From assembly GCA_965247295.1 (NCBI GenBank), contig CBDFGQ010000008.1, positions 578,227 through 642,226 of the forward strand: a stretch of DNA of 64,000 nt, written 5' to 3'. Shown here one piece after another: positions 21,073 to 32,222 of the stretch. The DNA comes from Dehalococcoidia bacterium (GTDB lineage Bacteria; Chloroflexota; Dehalococcoidia; Lucifugimonadales; JAGWBF01). Position numbers and translations under genes: made by a program. Under the pieces are notes generated by a model. The model did no database searches, was not told the DNA's origin, and saw only the letters and a list, made by a program, of their open reading frames with translations. The first letter of the stretch is position 1. Each line of letters opens with the position of its first letter.

Positions 21073-21204
21073 CGACCCGTTACTGGTCCCTTTGTCCGTA
21101 GGGGATAGGCCAAAGCTTCACCGTAATCCTACAGCGAACTCGGGCCTTATCCCCTACGGATGTTCCCGACGATTCCGCAGTCCCAATGTAAGTAAGGGGA
21201 TGCC

Positions 21205-21399
21205 ATGATCGATAGACTCATCCCGAAATACCCCGGATTTTTGATGGTTGGTCTGGTTATTATCGGGTCTGGGCTGTTCTTCCTCACAGCGGGTCGGGAT
21301 GCCCTCACTGCAGTCTGGGTCAACGAGTTTTTCGACGGCGAGACGGACCAGCGTCTCTTTCGAGCATCCCAGACTGCAGCCGATGTCAAGATTAGCTAA
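21205..21399 (+). pseudogene. Truncated membrane protein
   Basis: RBS + TM helix; collides with the opposite-strand fragment at ~21385. Confidence 0.5.
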
Positions 21400-21576
21400 T
21401 TTGGCCATGATTTCGTTGGTGTGTTCCATTGCTTCCGGATGAGGGCAGGCGTCATTGCAGGGCACGCCAAGATGTATGTTGTCTCCCCAGATCAATCGGT
21501 ATATCTCGTCGGCCGGCCCATCGTAGTACTCCCTGGTCCTGGCTACGCTTGAAGCTATGTCTGGAGATTCTGGCAC
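21385..21576 (-). pseudogene. N-terminal fragment of SAM methyltransferase (sarcosine/dimethylglycine N-methyltransferase-like)
   Basis: REYYDGPADEIYRLIWGDNIHLG..AMEHTNEIMA, then unrelated sequence. Confidence 0.7.
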
Positions 21577-21751
21577 GAGAGAGCCCTCCGCAGGCGTTGA
21601 TTTGATAATTCCCAGGAGTATCCTTGGTAGATTGGTTCAGCCGAAGTGAGACTGAGGGCGCTGGGTACTGGCCGGTGGCCGCCAACAATCCAACTCATCG
21701 GGAGCCGATCGAGCCGATGGTGTTCGCCATCCTGCTTCAGTCGGGAAAACC

Positions 21752-24734
21752 TCAGGGGGACCGCAGAAACTTGGTCACGTAGTCCACATCTACAGTCGGT
21801 GGCAATAGTCCAAGTTGCGGCAGGACTTCGCTAAACCGGCTGATATCGTAGACGCTTGTGTCGGTCAGGTACCCCTCAACGGAATCCAGAGACTTGACCA
21901 GCACCTTCAATTCAAGGTCGTTTCCCCGGTCCGCCGTTGCTTCTAGTCTTGACCTCCACTCGATCAACGGTACTCGCTCTGCTATATACCCGTTACTCTT
22001 CATGTAAGCGAAAACCTGGTCGGCAGGCACGGGGTCCTGTTGAACCACATTGTAAACCTTGCCCAGATGAGTGGGGTCATCGGCAATCTTGGCGATAGCT
22101 GTGACCAAAAAGTCTACGGGAGTCATTTCGAATAACCAGTCCGGCACCATGGGAGCACACCCCGAGCGCAAACAGGCTTTTATTATCAACGTCTGAAAGT
22201 CGTTGGGATTAACCACACCTGTCCCGCTATGGTGCCCGATATTTCCGGGTCTATAGATGCAGACCGGCAGACCTCTGGACACTGCAGACCATACAATGCG
22301 TTCTGCAACCCACTTGGCTTGGTTGTAACCACCCTCCATCCTGTCGGCAAAGCCATCAATTTCGCTGTTCTCTAAATAGGGAGTGGCGTCCCCTCCCGGA
22401 AAGATGCCATTGGAGGAAATGTATTGGATCGGTTTCGTCTTAGCGCGGCAAGCGAATTTAACCACTTCCACAGTGCCATCGACGGTGTGAGGTTTGATGG
22501 CTGAGTAGGTATAGACGTAGTTGACCGAGGCCGCACAGTGAAAAATGAGATCGATGTCTTCCGAGAGCCTCCGGTACTCCTCATCACCCAGACCTAATTG
22601 AGATTGGGTCAGATCGCCCGTAACTGGGACGATGCGGTCTTGAAGAGCCTGGCCCGGCAGTCCGTAAAACCTGAGCGTGTCTAAAACTCGGTTGTTCGGT
22701 TGGCCTTCCTGGGGCCCCTTGCCTCGGACTAGGCAATAGAATTTAACGTCCTGGCCCGTGCAACGGAGTAACTCGTCCAGTAGAAAAGCACCAAGGAAAC
22801 CGGTAGCGCCGGTTACCAATATCGATGACGCCTCGCTCAAACATCTACAACCGGTACCGGTAGGCGACACGACATCCGGATCCAGGCGTGCGTCGTCGGC
22901 CAGCGAAACTTTCGATTCCATATATAACCCTCCATCACCCAAGTACGCTGCCAGCTTGTCTATAGTCTGGTATTCGTAAATTTCGGTGCCCTGGAGTTTA
23001 ATGCCAAACGCTCGTTCCATATCCAACGTGAGTCCAAGACCGGAAAGAGAGTGGCCGCCAAGATCGAAGAAATTCCAATTATCATCCAACGAATCGCTGT
23101 CAATATCCAGCGCGTCGCCCCATAGCTCACGCAACACCGAACGCCGCTCCGCCGCCGACGCTTGCTCCGGAAGTGTTACTCGGTCTAACGCAGCCGCTCT
23201 CATTTTACGTGGACTAGGTAGAGCTTTGCGATCAAGTTTGCCCGTCCGAGGGTTTATCGGAAGCTCGTCGAGCTCCAAGAAGCGGCTAGGCACCATGTAG
23301 TGTGGTAGATACCGCTCCAACAGGTTCCGAAGGTCCCTGCTGGTGTTGCTCTTTGCATCGACCCGCCATGTCGCCTCGGGTTTACGAATCACGTAGGCGA
23401 CAAGGCGCTTATTGGTCTCATCTTCAGCTTCTGCTAAGACCACGGTGTTCAGGACATCGCAGTGCTTCCTGAGGGTCTCCTCGATGCCGCCGAGATAGAC
23501 GCTAAACCCTCTGATCTTGACCATTGAATCGTTGCGGCCGGTGACGGTTATCAGGCCTTGGGAATCGATCTCAGCCAGATCGCCGGTGGCATAATACCTT
23601 TCGCCGTCCACCTGGACGAATTTTTGCTGGTCCAGGTCACTCCGTTCCAGATAACCCCGAGCGAGGCCAAGCCCACCGATGTAGAGTTCTCCGCTGCCGA
23701 CCGCAGCGAGAGCGGACTCATCCTCGGGCAGCACCCGAACCCTCACTCCGTCCATCGAAAATCCCACCGGACACACGTCTCTACCGCCCAACGACACATC
23801 GCTCAAGTCGACGGTACCGACATCGTGGGTCTCACTGATGCTATAAGTATTGAGCAAGCGAGTGGACTCCGAGAATACGTCTAGCGCCTGCTCAAGACAG
23901 CTGGTAGTTACTACCTCTCCATTCAGCCAAACCACTCGCAAAGACTCCAGCTCCGCTCGTAGGACCTCGTGGTCTTCTGAATTCAAGATTCCTTGTAATA
24001 GAGAAGGAGTAAATAAGACCTCGGAGACACGATTTTCTGAGATGTATCTCGTAAGAGCGCGGGGCAGGAAGATAACGTCGTCGGGAATTATGTAAACGGT
24101 TCCTCCCTTCAGTAACGGGCGCAGAAATTCCCAGGTGAAGAAGATGTTGCACGCAACCCGATCACCAACTTGATAAGAACTGAACTTATACCTGGCAAAA
24201 TACGATGACGTTACGGAACCGTGGGTCAGCATTACTGCCTTTTGGATCTCCGGTGGTACCGGATGTGTAAGGCACGAATGCCAGATTACCGCTGTCGACG
24301 GCCGGTCCATCGGATTCAGCTTTGTAATCTCTCCAGGATTGTTCGCCGTCTATCGCCAGGATGTGCGTGCCGGCGTATTCACTTAATCGGGAAAAATATT
24401 GCTCCTTGGCGATAACCACCTTGGGCTTCGCTTCCGCTAGGATGTTCCGTAGCAAATTATCGGGAGAATCCAAGGCCAGCGGCATAAAGGCGCCACCGGC
24501 TTTCAGAGCCCCAATGCAGGTGACAACGTAGTCCGAGCACGTCTCCATGAAAACGCCCACCCGGTCGTCCGGTGAGACTCCGTGATGTCGAAGATAGGCC
24601 CCCAGCGAGTCCGTGGCCTGGTCCAGCTCCGAGTAGGACTTTCGCTCGTCACCGGCTACTACAGCCAGGGCGTCTGGAGTTTTCGCTGCCTGAACTTTGA
24701 AGAGTTGATGTACGCAGGTCTCGTTAGCAATCAT
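21752..24734 (-). CDS. NRPS-like A-T-R (adenylation-thiolation-thioester reductase) enzyme, 1-nt frameshift at ~24240
   Basis: YTSGTTGDPK|AVMLTH, YATGD, GRND..KIRG, GKLDRKAL, Ppant site FFDLGGHSL, R domain TGATGFLG and GYNQAKW. Confidence 0.9.
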
Positions 24735-25033
24735 GACGCCACGTTCGACTCACTGATGACGACAGTATATCGGATCACGGACAGGTCAGAAGTTTCTCAA
24801 GTTCAGGTATGCAACACGCCGAAGACCAGCACCAGCCCAATTCTATTAGTATGGCCCCATCGTTTTCCGCAGGCCCCCAGTCCTCATCCTAGCTAATCGG
24901 ACGTACTCGAAAATTCAGATACCTTACAACCGAATCAGGAATCAAATATACAAATTATTGGGAGGCAAGTAAACTGGGACCTCGAATTTATATGCTGTCA
25001 CACCACCCCGGATTCCGGCGACATCTAGACTCA

Positions 25034-25125
25034 GGGGTTGGAGACATGAACGGGGACGGCGAGGCGGACTTCATCGTAGGGGCGCCCTACAACGATGCCC
25101 CGGGCAGGGCAGATGCCGGGAACAC
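25034..25125 (+). pseudogene. Isolated FG-GAP (integrin-like) repeat fragment
   Basis: GVGDMNGDGEADFIVGAPYNDAPGRADAG. Confidence 0.65.
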
Positions 25126-25246
25126 CTGCCGTTGGTCACAGACATAACGTAGGTAACGTATGCCTCCCACAAGCACCGGGTCCGCCCAGCCGGTCCTGAC
25201 GACGGACAGATCTGCGATCGCGCTCACGGCGGTGATTTCTGGGAGC

Positions 25247-25633
25247 ATGGCCATGTTACTCAAGAGCGAACGCGAGAACGAGGAACTGTCTACCTACGAG
25301 ATCGCCCTTGGCTGACCCACGTGTGCGCGGGAGGCTCCCGCGCTAGGGAGAATTCAGCAGGAGCTCGAGCCACTTGGGGTGGAGGTGGTTGCCATTAACT
25401 TCTCTCCACAATTCTACAGCCTGGATGTCTGGAGGGATTTTTGGAAGAGGTTGGGGGCAGCGGATGTACTGTGGGCTCAAGACACGCCGCAAGCTAACGC
25501 CATGAAGGCCTACGGCGCGATACCCTTTGCGGGTACTACAGTTATCGTTGACCGGAAAGGAAGAATAACGTACCGAGATGACGGAATTACCAGCTATGAA
25601 AGGTATCGAGCGGATATAGAGAAGGTCTTGTGA
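25247..25633 (+). CDS. Thioredoxin-fold (TlpA/Prx-like) selenoprotein, UxxC motif; start uncertain (25160 or 25247)
   Basis: In-frame TGA at 25313 gives G-U-P-T-C-AREAPAL..GVEVVAIN..TTVIVDRKGRI. Confidence 0.75.
25313..25343 (+). promoter_or_regulatory. Bacterial SECIS-like hairpin
   Basis: TGA + 9 nt + perfect stem GCGCGGGA/TCCCGCGC with G-first loop. Confidence 0.65.
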
Positions 25634-25812
25634 GCGAAGGGATAATAAGGGGTAATATGGTTGCACTAGTGGCGGTTGCCTGTTGCGTTGGCCTGCCTAT
25701 AATTGCGGTCGGACCTTTTTCTCTGGCCAACCTACTGAACCGGCGACGGGCCAAGGGTTTCCTGGGAAACGGAAAGAAGACTTCCAGCCCCGAAAAAATA
25801 ACCGGCCGGTGA
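25630..25812 (+). CDS. Small membrane protein with vicinal Cys (ACCVGLP)
   Basis: GTGA overlap with the selenoprotein; single TM. Confidence 0.55.
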   Translation: MSEGIIRGNMVALVAVACCVGLPIIAVGPFSLANLLNRRRAKGFLGNGKKTSSPEKITGR

Positions 25813-25820
25813 GAGTCAGG

Positions 25821-26057
25821 CTAAGGTAAGCTGGCGTTCTCCTCGCGGTGGTATTGTGAGTCGGCAGGTGAGTCTGATCTTTGACTGAGGTACCAAGGGC
25901 TACAGCACCAGAACCAGCCAGGAGACCTCCGACCGATTCCGGAAAGTGCCCCGAACACAAGCACAGCGCCGATAGCTATCAGCACCATAGGCCATATCTC
26001 CCAACCTAGCAGCGCCCCTGTCCCAATAGCGACCAGAACCATTCCCCAGACGATCAT
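25821..26057 (-). CDS. Small membrane protein
   Basis: GGAGGG RBS; two hydrophobic helices. Confidence 0.55.
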   Translation of the reverse strand: MIVWGMVLVAIGTGALLGWEIWPMVLIAIGAVLVFGALSGIGRRSPGWFWCCSPWYLSQRSDSPADSQYHREENASLP

Positions 26058-26259
26058 CTCGCTCTCCCTCCCGTACTTGTCACCTCCAGCGTAACACGGG
26101 GCCAAGGTCTAGAAACTAACCACCCAGGTAAAATCCGCCTAACCGATCGGTTAGTCCCAAGACTCATCCTTATGGTTACACAAAACTATCTCGCTGGTTG
26201 GTCTCTTCTTCGCCACGGTCCCTGATAATGCAGTCAGAGCAAATTCTCAGGAGGGCGAG

Positions 26260-26729
26260 ATGGTGACTGCACGGGCTTTATCAGAACCGACGAGCGCTAA
26301 AAAAGACCGGGCATAGGCGCGATACGGACTGCCGCCAGGATCGTCACGGGACTCAGCCTGTTCGGCCTGGCCGCATGGACCGGTCTGAGGGGCGACCTTC
26401 AATGGTACGCGGTGATCATGGGATTCGCCGGCCTTCCAGCCATCATGATGGCGATAGTCGTCGTCAACAGGCGAATCCTGGGCACCTCATCTTATCTGGA
26501 AGCGACCGGGCCGGCGGGCACCATCATAAACCTGGCGATTATCGCTGCGCTCTTCTTGACATCATTTACCACCGACATCGCCTTCATCTTCTACGGAGTC
26601 CCATTGTTTCTGGCCGCGTGGCGTGGGTATCCCGGATGTGAGATGCTGGCAATATCAAACTTCGTGCTCGGCCGCGATGATGAGCTGGTGCAGGCTTCAG
26701 CCAGCCCCCCTCCTGGACAGGTCTGCTAG
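26260..26729 (+). pseudogene. Uncharacterised membrane protein, frameshifted near 26320
   Basis: AGGAGG RBS; AAWRGYPGCEMLAISN..RDD motif; 5' end out of frame. Confidence 0.55.
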
Positions 26730-26945
26730 ACAACACACATCAAGGAGAGCATCATAACGGAGAAACTATCCCAGGGGGACAAGTTACTCGATATCTCCCC
26801 CAGCCTGACGGACGGCTGCAGGCTTGAACCGTCAGCTTGAGATGATTGACGCATCCAGGTCCAAGCATGGCTCTCTCGTTTTGGGGCGTGAGGAACTATG
26901 ACCATCTCCGACACTAACGGCTAACTACAACTAGGAGGAAGCAGC

Positions 26946-28391
26946 ATGGCCAAGGTTGGATTGGATCTGGACAATGCGACGATCACCGGTTTGGGGCCAT
27001 TGATACGTGCCAAAGAGGTTTCCCCGGTTGAGGTGGTGGAGGCGATTCTCGAACGCATTGAACGGTTGCAGCCCAAGCTCCTATCCTTCATCACCATCAC
27101 TGCCGAGCACGCCATGACGCGAGCCAAGCAAATGGAAGGGGAGATAATGCAGGGCAGATACCGGGGGCCCTTCCATGGCATCCCCTACACTCTGAAGGAC
27201 GTGATCGCTACCAAGGGGATCAAGACCACCTGGGGAGACCCGAAAGAGGTGGACTACAAGCCCCAGGAAAGCGCCACGATCCACGCTCTGCTGGACGACG
27301 CCGGCGGCATTCTGCTTGGCAAGGCCGTGTCCGAGATCGGCAGGGCAGGCCAAGGGGTGGTTGGCTCTCGCAACGCCTGGGATCCCACCCGCTCGCCGGG
27401 TACCTCCAGCAGCGGGGGCGCGTCGGCGACGGCAGCGTCCATGGGACTCGGGTCCATCGGCACCGACACCGGCGGCTCGGTGCGTCATCCCGGTAGCAAC
27501 AGCAGCCTCGTCGCTTTCTTGCCCACCTACGGGCGCATCAGCATCTTCGGCGTGCACGGCAGCGTCCTGACCACGGACCAGGCGGGTCCCATCACTAAGA
27601 CCGTTGAAGACAACGCGATCATGATGGACATCCTTGGGGTATACGACCCCAAGGCCTCCAATAGCCTTCTCGAGCCCCGCTATGACCACCGAGCCTTCCT
27701 CAAGGATGGCATCAGGGGCCTGCGCATCGGCGTGCCGGTGGATGACTGGGTCTGGAAGGACATGCTGCATGAGGAAGAAGAAGAGGTCTGCCGCAGGGCC
27801 ATCATGGTCCTGGAGGAGCTCGGGGCGTATGTGACCGAAGTGAAGCTGCCCCGGGGTGCCGACTCCAGGTCCAGCCTCGTGTCATCCGGTGGACCGGCAG
27901 CCCTTCATTACCTGGACCATTTTACCGAGGATCAGCTTGCGGCCTGGCCTGAGGTCGCCGGCGGAGACGCCAAGGGCGCCATTAACGAGCCGGTGGAAAA
28001 GTACCTCAGAATCATGGAGCGGCGCGCGCGCATCAAGCAGGAAGCCAACGAGGTCCTGGCGACCGTAGACCTCATCGCCATGCCCACCGGCAGCACCTAC
28101 GGCGACGCCTGGGACGAAAAGGAGGTGACCATCAGGGGCAAGAAGTGGCCCGCACGCTCCCGCGCCACCTATCGGAATGGACTGGCCTCTGTTTGTGGAC
28201 ATCCTGCCGTCAGCGTACCGTGCGGGTTCGGTAACAACGGCCGCTGGCCTATCGGAATCATGCTTCACGGCAAGCACCTATCCGAGCCCCTGCTCTACCG
28301 AGTGGCGTATGCCTACGAGCAGGCCACGGAATGGCATACTCGACACCCGGACCTCAACGCGCTGGCCAAGGCTCCAGACGCTACACGCTAG
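26946..28391 (+). CDS. Amidase (GatA-like family)
   Basis: LKDVI, PGTSSSGG, GTDTGGSVRHP. Confidence 0.92.
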   Translation: MAKVGLDLDNATITGLGPLIRAKEVSPVEVVEAILERIERLQPKLLSFITITAEHAMTRAKQMEGEIMQGRYRGPFHGIPYTLKDVIATKGIKTTWGDPKEVDYKPQESATIHALLDDAGGILLGKAVSEIGRAGQGVVGSRNAWDPTRSPGTSSSGGASATAASMGLGSIGTDTGGSVRHPGSNSSLVAFLPTYGRISIFGVHGSVLTTDQAGPITKTVEDNAIMMDILGVYDPKASNSLLEPRYDHRAFLKDGIRGLRIGVPVDDWVWKDMLHEEEEEVCRRAIMVLEELGAYVTEVKLPRGADSRSSLVSSGGPAALHYLDHFTEDQLAAWPEVAGGDAKGAINEPVEKYLRIMERRARIKQEANEVLATVDLIAMPTGSTYGDAWDEKEVTIRGKKWPARSRATYRNGLASVCGHPAVSVPCGFGNNGRWPIGIMLHGKHLSEPLLYRVAYAYEQATEWHTRHPDLNALAKAPDATR

Positions 28392-28535
28392 GCGTAATAT
28401 GGTCGGCCCGAGGGCATTGGATAGCCCACCTTTGACAGAGCATTGACTATTGCAGTTTACGTGAACTGCGGTGAAGACGTAGGAACACCCAGCGGCGAAT
28501 TGGTTTCGTGGGACTGGAAGGGAGGGCAAACCAGC

Positions 28536-29312
28536 ATGGCTTACTCCGGTCTTAGCTTGGACGGACAAGTGGCCCTCGTCACCGGCTCTGCCCGCGGCAT
28601 CGGTAAGGCCCTGGCAATCGGGCTGGCCGAAGCGGGAGCGGACATCGCAGTATCCGATCTATCCGAAACGCTGGAGGAGGCCAGCATCACCAAGAAGATG
28701 GTTGAAAGCGTGGGACGGGTTAGCCGGGCCTACCCATTGGACGTGCTGGATATCGGGAACATTCAGGACGCCGTCACCCAGGTGGTGGGCGACTTCGGGC
28801 GGCTGGATATCCTGGTCAACAACGCGGGGATCAGGATACGCAAGCCCGCCCTGGAGGTGACACCTGAGGACTGGGACGCCGTCGTCGACACCAACTTGAA
28901 AGGGGTCTTCTTCTGCGCCCAGGCCGCTGCGCGACATATGGTAAAACAGGGCAGCGGTCGCATCATCAACATCGCCTCTCAAATGGGGACTGTAGGCTCA
29001 CAGAACCGGGCCGCCTACTGCGCCAGTAAAGGTGGGGTAGTCAACCTGACCAAGGTGCTGGCGCTAGAGTGGATCAAATACGGCATCACCGTCAACGCCA
29101 TAGGTCCGGGACCAACCACCACCCCCGGCATGCTGGCCGCCGACACCCGCAGCGAAGGGGAGGTCCAGCGCGATCTGGAGGCCCACATGCCGCTAGGTCG
29201 CCGCATGGAGCCCGAGGAATTGGTGGGCGCCTGCGTCTACCTGGCCAGCCCATCAGCGGGTGCCACCACCGGACACCACCTCATCGTGGACGGTGGCTGG
29301 ACCGCCATGTAG
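28536..29312 (+). CDS. SDR oxidoreductase
   Basis: TGSARGIG, NNAG, YCASK, DGG. Confidence 0.93.
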   Translation: MAYSGLSLDGQVALVTGSARGIGKALAIGLAEAGADIAVSDLSETLEEASITKKMVESVGRVSRAYPLDVLDIGNIQDAVTQVVGDFGRLDILVNNAGIRIRKPALEVTPEDWDAVVDTNLKGVFFCAQAAARHMVKQGSGRIINIASQMGTVGSQNRAAYCASKGGVVNLTKVLALEWIKYGITVNAIGPGPTTTPGMLAADTRSEGEVQRDLEAHMPLGRRMEPEELVGACVYLASPSAGATTGHHLIVDGGWTAM

Positions 29313-29622
29313 CCCGTGATGGGACACCGTCACCGCTGCGAGGGGGTCTGCCGCCCGGCTCAAGGTGTATAATCGCCCAGTCCTAGTGCACCAGCAAATG
29401 TGAGCGCATTTGAGTCTTGCTTAGCCAAGAAAACCATGGGGCGTAGATCCAGGAGTCTTCGTGCGGCTGGGTTATATTTGTATCAGGTAGACCTGAGCTG
29501 AGACAAACGGCCGTTACTTGCAAAATGGGCACAAACGGAGAACCACAGTCGAGTCCATGACGGCATGGACATTCTCTGTGGTCAAGCAGAGGCTTCAGCC
29601 ACACGAGCAATCCTCTGTCATT

Positions 29623-29801
29623 CGTGGTATGATCTCACGCAGTGGTAGATGTTTGCACCCCTACATCCGATTCTTTATAGCGTCTTTTGTGCCCCCCCCT
29701 AGACTCTGCATAGAGTCCTAGCGTGCCCACTGGACTCTCTAAGGCGTCCTCTGTATCGGTGACCAGGCTCCTGCCAACTATTGTGAGAAAGGAGTTCACC
29801 G
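29623..29801 (+). promoter_or_regulatory. Extended -10 promoter and ~165-nt conserved 5' leader
   Basis: TGGTATGAT then a leader conserved in the paralogous copy at 13417-13595. Confidence 0.6.
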
Positions 29802-30110
29802 ATGAGTTACGAGGACCAGACCCTTACGTGCCAGGACTGCGGGCAACCATTTACCTTCAGCGCGGACGATCAGTCGTTCCATGCGATGAAGGGTTTCACC
29901 AACCAGCCCAAGCGCTGCGATTCGTGCCGTCAGGCGCGCCGCAACGAGCGCGGTGGTGGCTACGGCCAGGCCCCGCGTGAGATGCATCCGGTTGTCTGCG
30001 CCGAGTGCGGCAAGGACGCCATGGTCCCGTTTCAGCCCCGTGGCGACCGTCCGGTTTACTGCAGCGATTGCTTCAGCAAACAGCGGGCATCCGAAGGATC
30101 AAGCCGATAG
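29802..30110 (+). CDS. Zinc-ribbon CxxC-x17-CxxC domain protein
   Basis: LTCQDCG..PKRCDSCR and CAECG..VPFQP..PVYCSDCF. Confidence 0.92.
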   Translation: MSYEDQTLTCQDCGQPFTFSADDQSFHAMKGFTNQPKRCDSCRQARRNERGGGYGQAPREMHPVVCAECGKDAMVPFQPRGDRPVYCSDCFSKQRASEGSSR

Positions 30111-30202
30111 AACGGATAGTAGGATCTCAGAGGGGACAATAATCGTCCCCTCTGTTCAATCACTGGCGGTCACCTGCCGCCGAACTGCAAGAGAGGAAAC
30201 AA

Positions 30203-30538
30203 TTGAGGATATACGTAGGCAACTTCGCATATGAAATGACCGAACAGGAGCTACGCGAGGCGTTCGAAGCTCATGGACAGGTCCAAGAAGTCTATATGGT
30301 CCGTGATCGCGATACAGGCCGCCCCAAAGGGTTCGCCTTTGTGGAAATGCCGGGCGGTGCAGAAGCTGAGGCTGCAATCGGCGCACTCAACGGTAAGGAG
30401 TTCTACGGGCGCACAATAACAGTCAACGAGGCCCGGCCTCGACCGGAGCGGAGCTCTGGTGGTGGTGGTGGCGGAGGATATGGGGACCGTGGTGGCACAG
30501 GCTTCGGGGGCGGACGTGGGAGAGATGGGGATGGCTGA
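30203..30538 (+). CDS. RRM RNA-binding protein
   Basis: Near-identical RRM to 12922-13242. Confidence 0.92.
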   Translation: MRIYVGNFAYEMTEQELREAFEAHGQVQEVYMVRDRDTGRPKGFAFVEMPGGAEAEAAIGALNGKEFYGRTITVNEARPRPERSSGGGGGGGYGDRGGTGFGGGRGRDGDG

Positions 30539-30643
30539 GCCTCCCGTTGGTAGCGACCTAGCCCTTTCGTGAACCCAAGCTGACCCGCGCCTGGCACGGG
30601 CTCTAAGCCATGGGTAAGGGCCGGCCAGAGGAAAGGGGGTCTC

Positions 30644-30979
30644 GTGAATATCTTTGTAGGTAACTTATCGCTTGAGGTTACTGCGGAAGAACTGCAACGT
30701 GAATTCATTGTGTTCGGAGAAGTGAAATCTGTCACCATCATGAACGACAGATATATCGGTAGCGGCCAATCTAGGGGATATGGATTCGTTGAAATGCCAT
30801 CGCAATCTGAAGGTCAAGCCGCAATCACTGCCCTCAATGGACAATCACTAAGGCATAGGACGATTGATGTTATTGAGGCCCTTCCTCTTTCTGACAAATC
30901 AGGCAAGGGCTCCTTTGGTTACGCGGGAGGTAGTAAGGTCGGTAGCAGAGTATTCGGACGCAGAGTAAGAGAGAGATAA
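30644..30979 (+). CDS. RRM RNA-binding protein
   Basis: IFVGNL, RGYGFVEM. Confidence 0.9.
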   Translation: MNIFVGNLSLEVTAEELQREFIVFGEVKSVTIMNDRYIGSGQSRGYGFVEMPSQSEGQAAITALNGQSLRHRTIDVIEALPLSDKSGKGSFGYAGGSKVGSRVFGRRVRER

Positions 30980-31208
30980 ACCCTGAACTGCCGGTCATGT
31001 GTAGCACCCCAACACTTGGACGGACGCTCCTGATAACGACGTCCATCCATCCTATGCGGCGTAGCAGATGAAGTTGACCCGTGGTGTCCTGCAGTTCTCT
31101 CCGTACTGCACGGTCAGGGCAAGAAGCAGACAACAGGCCGCCATCCTACCGCTCTAAACAAGCTCGGGAGCGCACGGGGCCCCGGCTGACTGACAGGCCC
31201 AGTTGGAC

Positions 31209-32193
31209 TGTTGGGTGTCAGCGGTTTTGGACAGTTCTGGGTCCGAGAGATTGGGGTGAAGAAGCTCCTGGTTTGAGGGTTTCTCTGACCTCCTGATTGT
31301 ACCGCCTCCGCCGGTCAAAAGTCTCTCGCTGTACCTCCTTCCTCTGGGCTAGAATTGCCTCCAGACGGCCTTCCAGCACGTCAGCCGGAGTTACAACCCT
31401 GAGCGCCTGATGATATCTTCGGTAGTTGTAGAACTCGACGAAGTCCCGGATGGCCGCCTCCAGGTCTTCCACCACCTCGTATGGCACCTGGTTAATGTCG
31501 TCTTTGAGGGTTCGGTGATATCTCTCCAGCTTCCCGTTGGTCTGAGGGTGATAGGGTGCTGCCAGGACGTGGCGAATGCCCACCACCCGCATGTACTCGC
31601 GGAAGGCCCGCGATACATAACCTGAGCCATTATCTGAGAGGAGCTTGGTCCGATCCTCCAGAGGTACATCAGTCATACCAGTAGAGTCAACAGCTTCCTG
31701 GACCACCTCTATGAGGGAGTCGGCCGTCATGTCCCGTTGCACCTTCCAGGCCAAGATGAACCGGGAGTAGTCGTCCATCACCGTCACGAGGTAGTAGTAG
31801 CCCCATCCCACTACACGGAAGTAGGAGGCATCGGTGGCCCACAGCTGGTGGGGCCCTGTGGTCTTGTGCTGGTACTCTTTGCCCGCTGCCAACTGGTATT
31901 CGATCCGTTTCACCAGACCCTCCCGTCTCAGGATACGATAGACTGTGGAGGCGGAGACCGATAGGCCTCTGTGGTCGGTGAGCCAAGCCGCCAACTGCCG
32001 GCTTCGCCAGGTCGGCATCTCACGGGCTGCCGCCAGCACTACTGCCTCCTCTTCTGGACGCAGGCGATTCCAGGGCCTCTCAGTTCCTTCCGTACCCTCC
32101 CAACTACCCTGCCGGTGCCTCCACCTCCACCAATAATACGTGCTCCTGGAAATGCCAAGCTCCCTGAGTCGCCTGTTCTTCCCTCTACCATGT
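31209..32193 (-). mobile_element. IS element type A, copy 3, 5'-truncated
   Basis: Right end and most of orfB present; cut at 32193 by a type C IS. Confidence 0.93.
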
Positions 32194-32222
32194 TGACCTT
32201 ACCCCGAAGTTAGTATCATTGG

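Noticed and set aside
24230-24250. Programmed frameshift in the A-T-R gene (also considered for phnA and SLC13)
   Set aside because: No canonical slippery heptamer or stimulator; mutation or sequencing error is more likely
26946-28391. gatA
   Set aside because: No gatB or gatC adjacent and signature region diverged; treated as a generic amidase
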